Part shown: piece by piece, positions 35,830 to 44,774 of the stretch
Position numbering within the stretch: the stretch's first letter is position 1
Layout of the letters: every line of letters starts with the position of its first letter
Source: Candidatus Woesebacteria bacterium
GTDB lineage: Bacteria; Patescibacteriota; Microgenomatia; UBA1400; UBA1396
NCBI GenBank assembly: GCA_963749595.1
Contig: CAVVNJ010000003.1
Coordinates: 89,532-153,531 of the forward strand
Reading direction: 5' to 3'
DNA: 64,000 nucleotides
Made by a program: the position numbers and the translations under genes
The notes under the pieces: model-generated
Told to the model about the DNA's origin: nothing
The model's input: the letters and a program-made list of their open reading frames with translations, nothing else
The model's database searches: none

Positions 35830-36274
35830 AACTCTCCTTCGAGTTTCTGTTTATTATTCTTTGCAATAAAGATCGCGCGTAGTTAATGTTCGATTGAGCC
35901 GGAGCAATTTGGCCGCGTTCTTGAACAATGTTGCGCAATTCCTGCAACTGTTCATCAATGTGGCGCGAACGCTCTTCCCGCAGAGAGCGAGGTTGAAACT
36001 CCGAAAGAACCGTAAAGTATTCATCTAGACTGGTTTCTGGCGTCAAATCCATTAGAGTCCGCAAGTGCTCGCTGATTCGATCCGGTTTCTCCCGATTGCC
36101 TTGGAGTTTTACCAGCTCTCTCAGTTCTTCAATGCGAAAATCAATGTCGTCCATTACTGGTTCGCTGGCGATGGGCTGGCGATTACCCAATTGGCGGGCA
36201 ATCTCCTCGGCGATAAATTCGCGCAACTCCGACTCTAAGGCGGCAAGGGCGGGCGATAAAGTTCCAGCAGGCAT
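35810..36274 (-). CDS. Hypothetical protein (154 aa)
   Basis: On the reverse strand, TTGACG-N17-TACCAT (36281-36309) lies with its -10 box 6 nt upstream of the ATG at 36274. Confidence 0.45.
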   Translation of the reverse strand: MPAGTLSPALAALESELREFIAEEIARQLGNRQPIASEPVMDDIDFRIEELRELVKLQGNREKPDRISEHLRTLMDLTPETSLDEYFTVLSEFQPRSLREERSRHIDEQLQELRNIVQERGQIAPAQSNINYARSLLQRIINRNSKESYGSNQI

Positions 36275-36313
36275 ACCACCATGGTAGAAGTAGACTATAT
36301 CCTCGTCAAGGGA

Positions 36314-37174
36314 TTAACTTTGGCAGTCCGGGCAAAAATGAGTGCCGCGGCCGGCCAGGCGGATCTTCTTAATTGTGCCGCCGCAGCGCAAACACTGCTC
36401 CCCTTCCCGGCCGTAAACTTTCAGTAGTTTGGCATAGCCGCCCGCCCGGCCGGCCGCGTCGCGGTAATCGCGGAAAGTGGTCCCCCGCTCCTCGACCGCT
36501 TTGGTCAAAATTTTCCGGCAGCCGTCAAACAAGTTCCGCACATCGGCCTCGCTTAGACGTCGACATCCGACGGTCAGGTTTTACCTTGGCAAACCAAGCC
36601 ACCTCGTCGGAATAAATATTCCCCAGACCACTGAGCAGCTTCTGGTTCAGTAGAAATGGTTTCAGCGGCCCTTTCCGTTTGGCGAGCAACGCTTGGAAAT
36701 TTGCCAGGGTGAAATCGGGAGTCAATGGTTCCAGTCCAAACTCGCGTAACACTACCTCCCGTTCGGTCGGAGTTACCAAGCGCGCGAAGCCAAACTGGCG
36801 CAGGTCATTGAAATACAGCGTCCCGCCGTCAGAAAATCGCAAAATCAGGTGGGTATATTTGTTAGGCAACTCGACCCCGAATGGCGGCCACGGATGTCCG
36901 CCTGGTACCAGCTCTCCCGCCGTGCTGGTAGATCAACTGGCCAGTCATGCGAAGATGGAAGATCAGTGTGTCGGGAAGTCGGCCAATGAGATCAGAAGCA
37001 GCTTGCCGCGGCGACCGATCGTATCGATGGCTGATTCAACAGGTCCCGAATGAAGCAGTCCGTCGGGTTCCGTACGACCTTGGGTAACCGCACCTCGACC
37101 GCGGTATTCCGCTGCCCGACCAAATATTTTTCCAGATCGCGGCGGATGGTTTCGACCTCAGGTAGTTCCGGCAT
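36314..37174 (-). pseudogene. mutM: Formamidopyrimidine-DNA glycosylase (Fpg/MutM) with multiple frameshifts
   Basis: Fpg signatures are spread over different frames. These are [14 protein letters not shown] (start 37174), [32 protein letters not shown]...LPNKYTHLILRFSDGGTLYFNDLRQFG...LLSGLGNIYSDEVAWFAKV, and RNLFDGCRKILTKAVEERGTTFRDY...CLRCGGTIKKIRLAGRGTHFCPDCQ (zinc finger). At least four frame changes are needed to join them. Confidence 0.75.
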
Positions 37175-37193
37175 AGACTCGATTATACTGCCC

Positions 37194-37222
37194 TTGACAT
37201 AGTTGTGGGTCTTCAGTATATT
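37194..37222 (+). promoter_or_regulatory. Promoter TTGACA-N17-TATATT upstream of the small heat-shock gene
   Basis: TTGACA at 37194-37199, 17-nt spacer, TATATT at 37217-37222. This predicts a leader of about 75 nt ending in SD AAAGGAAG before the ATG at 37304. Confidence 0.5.
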
Positions 37223-37303
37223 AGCAGTTAAGAAGGGCAAGTGCCAGCGGAGTAAAGTTGACGGAAAGGCTGGATATACCCGAATAAATAACGAAAGGAA
37301 GTT

Positions 37304-37717
37304 ATGTCGCTCGTTCGTTGGAGTCCCCTATTTTCCCGCCTGATGACTGATTGGCCGGAGATGATGGGTGACGAGGTGCCGATGGTTTCTCAAGCCGGAT
37401 CGGGTTTGGAAGTCTACGAGGACGAAGGCGAAGTAGTCGTCAAGGCCAACGTCGCCGGGGTGCCGGAAAAGGACATCGACGTCACTTTTGAAAAAGGCGT
37501 CCTAAAGATTTCCGCCAAGGCGGCCAAGGAAGAACAGGACGAGAAGCGCACCCACTACGCCCGCTCTTCCTGGGAATACGCCTACACCGTGGCGGTGCCT
37601 GGGATGATTGATTTCGGGGCCGAACCGAAGGCCGAAGTCGAAAACGGGGTCGTCATGGTCCGCTTCCCCAAGGCCAAGGCAGCGCTGCCGAAGAAACTGC
37701 TGGTCTCCAAGAAATAG
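37304..37717 (+). CDS. Hsp20/alpha-crystallin family small heat-shock protein
   Basis: 137 aa. [38 protein letters not shown] and [14 protein letters not shown] form an alpha-crystallin domain. Confidence 0.9.
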   Translation: MSLVRWSPLFSRLMTDWPEMMGDEVPMVSQAGSGLEVYEDEGEVVVKANVAGVPEKDIDVTFEKGVLKISAKAAKEEQDEKRTHYARSSWEYAYTVAVPGMIDFGAEPKAEVENGVVMVRFPKAKAALPKKLLVSKK

Positions 37718-37724
37718 GCTTGAT

Positions 37725-38039
37725 CTAAGCCGGCATTGATCTCTTCAGCCGATTAAATAAAACCTCGAGACGGTTATAGAGGTCGCGAGAGATGACCGTA
37801 TCCAGTCCGCTTAATCTGGTTTGATAATCCCGACGGACATCTTCCAGAAACTCAAACGCTTCTTTTCGGCGTTGGGCAATCAGCTCTTCCCGCTCCGCTG
37901 GGTTCAGGTCAGCGTACTGTGGATCGAGTTGGCTGGCTTGGCGGTATTTCATCTCAGCTAGTGTCAAATCACTTAGCCAAAGCTGCTCTCGTTTCTTGAG
38001 ACTTACTTGGTCCAGGCCAAAATTGGAAAGTTTTTCCAT
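37725..38039 (-). CDS. Hypothetical protein (104 aa)
   Basis: SD AAGGAG lies 4 nt upstream of the ATG. Helical, no motifs. Confidence 0.45.
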   Translation of the reverse strand: MEKLSNFGLDQVSLKKREQLWLSDLTLAEMKYRQASQLDPQYADLNPAEREELIAQRRKEAFEFLEDVRRDYQTRLSGLDTVISRDLYNRLEVLFNRLKRSMPA

Positions 38040-38077
38040 GCGACTCCTTATTCATCTTTTAGCTTTATAATACCGTA

Positions 38078-38563
38078 ATGGTTTTCCATCCGGTCGTTGA
38101 CACAATTCTCGATTTATTGCGCCAAAACGGTTGTTGGTTTGAAACCTTTACCCATGAGCCGGTCCGCACTAGCGAGGATGCGGCGAAGTTGCGGACTGGA
38201 TACGTTCTTTCACAAGGGGCCAAGGCTCTGATCCTTAGCATCAAGAAAGAAGGCTCAAAACGCTTCGTGATGGTGGTAATTCCTGGTGACCAGCGCTTTG
38301 ATCCCGAAAAACTCAGGGCCGCGCTGGGCGCCAAATCGACGCGCTTTGCCACGGAAGCCGAAGTCAGCGAAATCACCAACGGTGTTCAGCTTGGCGGAGT
38401 ACCACCGTTTGGGCAGTTGTTTGGCTTAGAGGTCTTGGCCGATCCAAGTCTTCTGAGTCAAGAAAAGATCATCTTTAACGCCGGGGACCGTAGTTTTTCC
38501 GTCGCGATGCAGTCGGAAGATTATCAACGCCTAGTGCAACCAAGGTTAGCTGAGCTCGTCTGA
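38078..38563 (+). CDS. YbaK/EbsC-type aminoacyl-tRNA editing (deacylase) domain protein
   Basis: 161 aa. FETFTHEPVRTSEDAAKLR, KALILSIKK, VMVVIPGDQRFDPEKL, VSEITNGVQLGGVPPFG. Confidence 0.75.
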   Translation: MVFHPVVDTILDLLRQNGCWFETFTHEPVRTSEDAAKLRTGYVLSQGAKALILSIKKEGSKRFVMVVIPGDQRFDPEKLRAALGAKSTRFATEAEVSEITNGVQLGGVPPFGQLFGLEVLADPSLLSQEKIIFNAGDRSFSVAMQSEDYQRLVQPRLAELV

Positions 38564-38571
38564 AGTCTAGA

Positions 38572-39198
38572 TTATAACTTTCTCGCCTTAAGTCCCGGAA
38601 AGTTGTAGGCATTTTCGCCAGCCAGAACCGGATAAAACGATTCTTCATCATCGTCGAATAATTGGAAATTGCGGTAATTCCCGGGTTTTTCAATCCGACC
38701 GTAAACTTCGAATAGCTTGATTGGCTTTCGTATTCCTTTCTCCACCGACTTGATTACCCGTTGGGCAGTCCGGAAAGTTTTGGGATCAGCGTGCTGGCCG
38801 CACTCAACCGAGATGCCAGGGCGAAAGTCGATCAGGGCATGACCGCTTTTAATGCTGTGGCGCATGAAAACCACGCGGGTTAAGCCGGTGGTTTCCGCCA
38901 GCGGCAGTTGGGCTAAGTCGACCAGAATGGCGAACGGCGGGGATTGGGCCGAAAAAGAATGGAGGTCGACTACGGGCCGATCAGGTGGCAGGGCCGCCAG
39001 GAGTTTCCTGGCGGCCCGCTCTTCCAGCGAGTTTCCTTCCGTTCCGAACGAGGCGTTCATGTCTTTATCGACTAGTCGCAGGTTGCGTTGCAGTGCGGTC
39101 GGGTTGGCCACAAACTGTGGTACACCGAGACTGGCCAGCGCCAATACCGGTTGCCGCTCGTTGCCGTGCAAAGCGGTAACAAACGAAAACTTATTCAT
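38572..39198 (-). CDS. Succinylglutamate desuccinylase/aspartoacylase (AstE/AspA)-like zinc hydrolase
   Basis: TALHGNERQPV, DKDMNASF, VVDLHS, SVECGQH follow the order of the family metal and catalytic motifs. Confidence 0.5.
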   Translation of the reverse strand: MNKFSFVTALHGNERQPVLALASLGVPQFVANPTALQRNLRLVDKDMNASFGTEGNSLEERAARKLLAALPPDRPVVDLHSFSAQSPPFAILVDLAQLPLAETTGLTRVVFMRHSIKSGHALIDFRPGISVECGQHADPKTFRTAQRVIKSVEKGIRKPIKLFEVYGRIEKPGNYRNFQLFDDDEESFYPVLAGENAYNFPGLKARKL

Positions 39199-39829
39199 GC
39201 CGACTCCCTTCCGCGGCGTACCGCAGATGGAAAATCAGCAGAAACGCGTCCCCGGCCGCCCGGTCAATAGTATCGTAACGCGCCTGGATTTCCGGATTAT
39301 CGGATCTGGCGGGGATTGTGGTCAGCATCTGCCCATAGACCTTTTCCAACAACCGCCGCTCGATTGTGAATCCAGAAATATCGCCCCTTTTCTTGGCCCT
39401 TTTCAGGTAGCTGGTTATCCCGGCTTCAATCCGCGGGTTTTGGGTGCGCAAGAAAATCAGCGGTATCCGCTCTCTCAGCTTCGGTGTCAATGAGCGATCA
39501 TAGACTTCTTTCGATAATCCATGGCCCTGCTGCCGGGGATCGATTGTCAGGGCGGACAGGTACGTCCCCTTTTCGTCCGTTAACGACTCGTCCCGCAGAT
39601 GTTCTCGCGGCGAAGTATTGTGGAAGGCGCTGTAGTACAACACTACTTTTTCTCCGTCGCCGGCCAATAAGATTTCGTCGCCGTTAAGGTGATCGGGGGT
39701 ATCGGCCGGTGCCTCGCCGAAGGCTTGACGAATACACTCGACAATCGCCAACACCAATAGGCCGTCGATTTGCTCGGACCCTTTTATGTTCTCGAGTTTT
39801 TGGTAGCGCAATTCTTTCTTTAAATTCAT
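39191..39829 (-). CDS. Hypothetical protein, possibly GNAT-like
   Basis: Start moved to MNLKKEL (ATG at 39829, SD AAAGGAA upstream). The track's longer N-terminus overlaps the upstream gene. YLSALTIDPRQQGHGLSKEVY resembles the GNAT acetyl-CoA loop. Confidence 0.4.
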   Translation of the reverse strand: MNLKKELRYQKLENIKGSEQIDGLLVLAIVECIRQAFGEAPADTPDHLNGDEILLAGDGEKVVLYYSAFHNTSPREHLRDESLTDEKGTYLSALTIDPRQQGHGLSKEVYDRSLTPKLRERIPLIFLRTQNPRIEAGITSYLKRAKKRGDISGFTIERRLLEKVYGQMLTTIPARSDNPEIQARYDTIDRAAGDAFLLIFHLRYAAEGSRHE

Positions 39830-39839
39830 ATATTCCTTT

Positions 39840-40142
39840 TTATCTCTGTCCTGCTTGGATCTGAGCTTTTCGTTCCCTCCGCCGTTGGTCTTCGGCCCGC
39901 TTGTCCGATGTTGCGGCGCATTCCTGGCAGCGGGTCTTATAGTCAGCCAGATAAGGCATTGAACCAAACATCGGATGAGTGACATAACTCGACTCGTATC
40001 TTTTATCGAACAACTCGATATCCCGACTCAAAGTGCATCCCGGCAAATGAGGGTGATCTTCAACCCGCTTCCGACGCTCGACTTCCTGTTTTTCTTTTCT
40101 ATTTTCTTGGTATCTTTCGATACTTTTTTTAATTCTTTGCAT
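39840..40142 (-). CDS. Hypothetical basic protein (100 aa)
   Basis: SD AAGGAAA upstream. Lys/Arg/Glu-rich, with cysteines in PGC...CQEC. Confidence 0.4.
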   Translation of the reverse strand: MQRIKKSIERYQENRKEKQEVERRKRVEDHPHLPGCTLSRDIELFDKRYESSYVTHPMFGSMPYLADYKTRCQECAATSDKRAEDQRRRERKAQIQAGQR

Positions 40143-40212
40143 ATTTCCTTTTTTTCTATTTGGTAGCGGGGATTAGTCTCTGCGAGAAAAATCCCCTTAC
40201 GATTTTTAAGTA

Positions 40213-40236
40213 CAAAAAAGCCGCTCTGCGCGGCTT
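40213..40236 (-). terminator. Intrinsic terminator downstream of trpS
   Basis: Reverse strand reads AGCCGC-GCAGA-GCGGCT followed by TTTTTTG (stem halves at 40219-40224 and 40230-35). Confidence 0.55.
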
Positions 40237-40316
40237 TAGGGTTTCGACAGGCAGCAAAAACTACCGCCAGCGAAACCGCCCGGTCCACCACTGCTGCCGA
40301 TTACTGGCTAAATAAA

Positions 40317-41339
40317 TCATGGACGCTCCGCAAAATAATCCATCTTCATCGCTTGCCGAACTTTGGTTAAAGTTTTTTGTGCCTCCAAGCGCGTCACTCG
40401 GCTTCCTTCGGCCAGAATTTCTAAGACCAAAGCCGGATTCTGTTCGTACTTGGCGCGGCGCTCGCGGATCGGCGCGAGGAAATCTTCCAGGCGGCGATTA
40501 ACTTTTGCTTCACCTCCACGTCGCCAACTTTGCCCTGTCGATATCCGGTCTTTCAGGTCCTCGACTTCCGCTTTATTGGGATTAAAAGCGTCGTGATAGG
40601 CAAAAACCGGATTACCCTCCACCCGGCCCGGATCAGTCGGATGCAGGCGATTGGGGTCGGTGTACATGCCCATGACGGCGCGCTTTACCTCTTCGGTGGT
40701 GGCGGACAACATGATGGTGTTGCCCAAACTCTTGCTCATTTTGGGATTGCCGTCGGTGCCGATCAGCTTGCCGACTTCGCCGACTAACCCTTCGGCGCGC
40801 ACTAGGGTTTCGCCATATAAGGAATTGAATTTATCGACGATCTCGTTGGTCATTTCAATGTGCGGCAGTTGGTCCTTGCCGACCGGGATCAGGTTGGCGC
40901 CCACGCAGGTAATGTCCGCCGCCTGGAAAAACGGGTAGTTGATAAAGCCCATGGAATACGTTTCGCCCAGGCCCTTCATCACGATCTCGTCCTTGATAGT
41001 GGGGTTGCGCAGCGCGCGGGCGTGCGAGACCAGCATGCTGTAAATCGCGGCTAATTCGTAGATTTCCGGGATTTCGGACTCGATAAACATATGGATTTTT
41101 TCCGGGTCCAAGCCGACGGCCAGGTTGTCGATGGCCACTTCGATGGTCGACTCGCGCACTTTATCCGGGTACGCCGACAGAGTCGTGAACGCGTGCAGGT
41201 CGGCCAGAATGATGAAGGTTTCGTACTCATCCTGCAAACGCACCCGATTTTTCAGAGTGCCGACGTAATGGCCCAGATGGAGTTTGCCGGTTGGCGTGTC
41301 CCCAGTTAGGATCCGTTTTTTTGGTGGTATGTTTTTCAT
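40317..41339 (-). CDS. trpS: Tryptophan--tRNA ligase, with an internal 18-codon stretch that reads out of frame
   Basis: ILTGDTPTGKLHLGHYVG (HIGH motif), KMSKSLGN (KMSKS motif). Start placed at MKNIPP (41339) because SD AAGGAG lies 5 nt upstream. See the finding on 40491-40544. Confidence 0.9.
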   Translation of the reverse strand: MKNIPPKKRILTGDTPTGKLHLGHYVGTLKNRVRLQDEYETFIILADLHAFTTLSAYPDKVRESTIEVAIDNLAVGLDPEKIHMFIESEIPEIYELAAIYSMLVSHARALRNPTIKDEIVMKGLGETYSMGFINYPFFQAADITCVGANLIPVGKDQLPHIEMTNEIVDKFNSLYGETLVRAEGLVGEVGKLIGTDGNPKMSKSLGNTIMLSATTEEVKRAVMGMYTDPNRLHPTDPGRVEGNPVFAYHDAFNPNKAEVEDLKDRISTGQSWRRGGEAKVNRRLEDFLAPIRERRAKYEQNPALVLEILAEGSRVTRLEAQKTLTKVRQAMKMDYFAERP

Positions 41340-41671
41340 ATTTGCTCCTTTGTCCATTTTGTAGCGGGAAGCCTTCCCTGCGGGAAAGCATCCTAAACAA
41401 AAAGCCCTTGCACATCCACCACAACGTGATGAATAGACAAGGGCCTTATCGGCGGTGCCACCTTGCTTTGCTCTTTCTTACGATCGAGCCTCTGTGACTG
41501 ACTCCTGAGGAAGGTTAAACCTTCGAGGATATCAGCTTGAAGGATGATGACGGTCTTCGACCGGAATCGCTACTTTCGCTCGCGCGATGATTCACGATTC
41601 GCCTCGAGGGGCCCATTCTCCCCTCTCAAACGGCTGTTTAGTCATTATACACACATTTTTTTGCTAGGCAA
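41340..41671 (-). promoter_or_regulatory. T-box riboswitch leader (Trp specifier) with its promoter, controlling trpS
   Basis: All on the reverse strand. Promoter TTGCCT-N16-TATAAT (41644-41671). Hairpin GAGGGG-AGAAUGGG-CCCCUC (41606-41625) presents GAA-UGG-G. T-box core AAGGUGGCACCGCCG (core at 41451-41462). Terminator GCCCUUG...CAAGGGC + UUUUUGUUU (41395-41444). Then SD and the trpS ATG. Confidence 0.7.
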
Positions 41672-41727
41672 CAGTCTTGCTTTCGCCTGGAGAGCGAGTA
41701 GGATCAGCCTCAGAACAGGAGGTGAGT

Positions 41728-42570
41728 ATGGCCAAACATACTACTCCTCAAGAGACTGCCCCCACCCTTGAGGTCATAAAACAGTTCCCGACCCGGGAAC
41801 AGGTTATAAGCGGTTTTCCCGAACGGGAGGGTTATGAAGTCGTCGATTCGCCGCTGCCCTTCGCCGAGAGGTTGACCGCTTTCGTGCTGCTGCGCGATAT
41901 TAACCTGTCGTCCGCCAGCCAGCCGTACGTCCAAGCCTACCGGGGTTGGGACTTCAACCGGCGTGGCGACAACCTGCTGACCAAGCCTGAGTACGGGACC
42001 GGTTTCGAGGGTTATGGGGTTGGGCGTTATGCCAAGGGCGAGGACATGATTCTGGAGATCGCGCAGCGGGGAAAAGACGAGATCGATTTCATCAAACGGC
42101 TTTATCCTGATGTTTACCGGACCGTCCTGAAAGAAATTTGGGACGCGTTGGCTGGCCGCCGCGTTACCAGCCGGGCATTGGAAACGCTGCAGGGCATCTG
42201 GATTAGTAACCTACATCGCTATCAGGAAGAAATCCGGGGAAACCGGGTGGCCGAAAGTTTTCGCGACAACACCAAACTGACGGTTGCCTCCGCGTCCCGC
42301 GTAGGATTTTATTACGAACCAAAGGGGAAAATTATCCACTGTGTTTATTACCGGCCCAAGGCGCGGCGCGGCCTGGCCGGGGTGCAGATTGAACGTTGCG
42401 GCAAAGACCCGGAGAAGTTGCTGGCTGGCGACCCGGGATTGGTTGACGGTTGGCGGCTGATGAGCGAGGTGGGAAAGCTTGGCCAGATGGCCGTGCGGGC
42501 CGCCGGTGAACACGGGTTCTTGCGGGGCAGTATCACCGAAGCGGTGCGGTCAGACAACGGAATGCGTTGA
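41728..42570 (+). CDS. Hypothetical protein (280 aa)
   Basis: Start moved to MAKHTTPQE because a strong SD (AGGAGG, 41717-41722) lies 5 nt upstream. No recognisable motifs. Confidence 0.55.
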   Translation: MAKHTTPQETAPTLEVIKQFPTREQVISGFPEREGYEVVDSPLPFAERLTAFVLLRDINLSSASQPYVQAYRGWDFNRRGDNLLTKPEYGTGFEGYGVGRYAKGEDMILEIAQRGKDEIDFIKRLYPDVYRTVLKEIWDALAGRRVTSRALETLQGIWISNLHRYQEEIRGNRVAESFRDNTKLTVASASRVGFYYEPKGKIIHCVYYRPKARRGLAGVQIERCGKDPEKLLAGDPGLVDGWRLMSEVGKLGQMAVRAAGEHGFLRGSITEAVRSDNGMR

Positions 42571-42613
42571 CGTTTGTTGGTCTCGCGGTTAATTTGCTAC
42601 CATGACGAAGTAG

Positions 42614-43909
42614 ATGCACCAGAAACACCGTCACCTCCACCCACCCAATTCCCTAGAGGGGCGCCACCACCTTCTCTGGCTGGGTTTAGGCAACGGCACA
42701 AAGCTGTTTTTAGCCTATACATCAATCGTTTTCCTTGTAGGCACGGGCGACGCGATACTTTCCTATGCTGCGCCGGTGCACATTGAGTCCCACGTCAACA
42801 GTACTTTGCTGATGGGATTAATCTTGGGATTTTCGTCCCTGGTGGGGATTATGTGCGATCTACTGTTCGCCAGAATATTCCGGGGAAAATCTTTCCGCCA
42901 TTTTCTGGGCTGGTTGTTCGTGGTGGCCTTTGTTTTTCCGGCGACCATTTTACTTTTGCCTCCCCTGCCCGCTTTCTTTTTGCTGGCCATGGCCGCCTGG
43001 GGTATTTACTATGAGTTGTTGCACTTTTCGCATTTTCACTTAATCGAGTCGGTGGTCAAGCGATCCGACCACGCGTTGGCCTGGGGCGTGCTGGAATCAT
43101 TCCGCTCCGCCGCGTATTTTATCGGACCTTTTTTGGCCGGCTGGCTGATCGATCGTCACGTGGACGCACCGTTCTATGGTTCGATTGGTTTTTTTTCCGC
43201 GGGGCTAGTCGGATTTCTATTCTTTCTCAAGGCGACGCGGGCCCATCATGCCCCGGCGGCGGTTAAGAAAGTAGAAAAATCCGAAGGTTTCGTCAAGGAG
43301 TTCAGGGTTTGGGGTGCTCTGCTGCGTCGGGTCTGGCCGTTATTCCTATTCCTGGTGGTTTGTGGATTCGTAGACGCAACTTTCTGGAGTGTGGGGACTT
43401 TGTTTGCCGAAAGTCTGCGGGCCGAGTCGGCGATCGGCAACCTATTGTTCCCGGCTTATACCCTGCCCTCACTGTTTATCGGCCTGGTCGTCGCGCCGGC
43501 AGCGCGTCTGCTGGGCAAGAAACGGGCGGCGTTGTTGGCCGCGGCGGCGGCCGGAGTTTTTCTCACCCTGGTTGGTTTCGTGGCGGCCGCGCTGCCGGTC
43601 GTGGTTTTGGTCTTCCTCTTTTCCCTCTTTTTCTCCCTGACCTTCCCCGAGATTTACGCCACTTTTGAAGATTACGTTACCCGCCTAGGCGAACTGGGCG
43701 ACGACCTGGTCGGTCTGGAGGGATCGGCCGTGTCCTTGGCCTACATTGTTGGTCCAATTTTAGCCGGCGCGATCGCTTCGGTTTTCGGTAACGGAGGCTC
43801 TTTCGCGGTGGCCGGTGTGGGATTAATTCTGGTTTCCCTGCTGGGCCTGGCGGTCGTGCCGCGCAAGATCAAGATGCCTCAGGAACAATTGGCCGCGATC
43901 ATCGAGTAG
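42614..43909 (+). CDS. MFS-type transporter
   Basis: About 12 hydrophobic segments and Gly/Ala-rich helices. The exact start is uncertain. TGcTACCAT (42595-42603) lies 10 nt upstream of the ATG at 42614. Confidence 0.55.
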   Translation: MHQKHRHLHPPNSLEGRHHLLWLGLGNGTKLFLAYTSIVFLVGTGDAILSYAAPVHIESHVNSTLLMGLILGFSSLVGIMCDLLFARIFRGKSFRHFLGWLFVVAFVFPATILLLPPLPAFFLLAMAAWGIYYELLHFSHFHLIESVVKRSDHALAWGVLESFRSAAYFIGPFLAGWLIDRHVDAPFYGSIGFFSAGLVGFLFFLKATRAHHAPAAVKKVEKSEGFVKEFRVWGALLRRVWPLFLFLVVCGFVDATFWSVGTLFAESLRAESAIGNLLFPAYTLPSLFIGLVVAPAARLLGKKRAALLAAAAAGVFLTLVGFVAAALPVVVLVFLFSLFFSLTFPEIYATFEDYVTRLGELGDDLVGLEGSAVSLAYIVGPILAGAIASVFGNGGSFAVAGVGLILVSLLGLAVVPRKIKMPQEQLAAIIE

Positions 43910-43918
43910 AATAACCTC

Positions 43919-44676
43919 ATGGCAACTTCAACTTCCTGGGAAAAAGTGGGCGCTTGGTATCAGGATGTCGTCGGACCGGCCGGACACTATTACCACCAGC
44001 ACGTGGTTCTTCCCGGTACGCTGCGTTTATTGGATCTCAAGTCCGGTGATCGCCTGCTCGATCTTGGCTGCGGGCAAGGGGTGCTGGCCCGGACGATGCC
44101 CAAAGGGATTGGATATTTGGGAATCGATACTGCCAAAAATCTTATCGAATCAGCAAAAAAACAAGACCATGATCCCGAACATGAATATCTTGTCGCTAAT
44201 GCCGCCGGTCGACTCGATCTTTGGCGTGATTTTACTCATGCGGCTTGTGTGCTCGCCCTGCAGAATGTCGAATCTCCGCAGCGGTTGATTAATAATGCCG
44301 CTCAAGCCTTGGTCGATAATGGTCAGTTAATAGTCGTTATCAATCACCCTTGTTTCCGCATTCCGCGCCAGTCGAGTTGGGAAGTGGATGAAAAAAATAA
44401 GCTGCAGTATCGCCGGATCAATCGTTATCTTTCCCCGCTCAAGGTGCCGATTGCGGCGCATCCGGGGCAAAAAAATTCCGCGGTCACCTGGTCGTTCCAT
44501 TGGCCGTTGCAGGATTTATTTGGTTGGTTGCGCGATTCTGGTTTTGTGGTCGAGTCGCTGGAAGAATGGTCCTCGGACAAGACGAGCGAGGGCAAGCGGC
44601 GAAAATGGAAAATCGGGCGCGGGCGGAATTTCCGCTGTTTTTGGCAATCAGGGCTAAAAAAAGTGATCGCTCATAA
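43919..44676 (+). pseudogene. Class I SAM-dependent methyltransferase with a 1-nt frameshift near the 3' end
   Basis: LLDLGCGQGVLAR (motif I). After ...SDKTSEGK the annotated frame drifts into RRKWKIGRGRNFRCFWQSG...-stop at 44764. From about 44596 the +2 frame reads AAKMENRARAEFPLFLAIRAKKSDRS-stop (44674-44676), which looks like the native tail. Confidence 0.6.
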
Positions 44677-44774
44677 TTCTTTTGTCGGTTACCATCACCG
44701 TCAGCAGTATTGTGATCGAGTGCATCGTGCTGGCAGAAACCGGAAACTATCTCTATCGACCTAATGGCTGGAGG

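Noticed and set aside
37223-37303. A possible RNA thermometer (ROSE/fourU) in the ~75-nt hsp20 leader.
   Set aside because: I could not find a U-rich or anti-SD segment able to pair with the AAAGGAAG SD by eye. This needs a folding computation.
38852-39493. A 213-aa + strand ORF, plus other long antisense ORFs (38065-38379, 28452-28991, 61029-61715, 51397-51813, 35075-35461, 40530-41054).
   Set aside because: Each lies entirely inside a well-supported gene on the other strand. They have Arg/Ser/Pro/Gly-rich composition typical of antisense frames.
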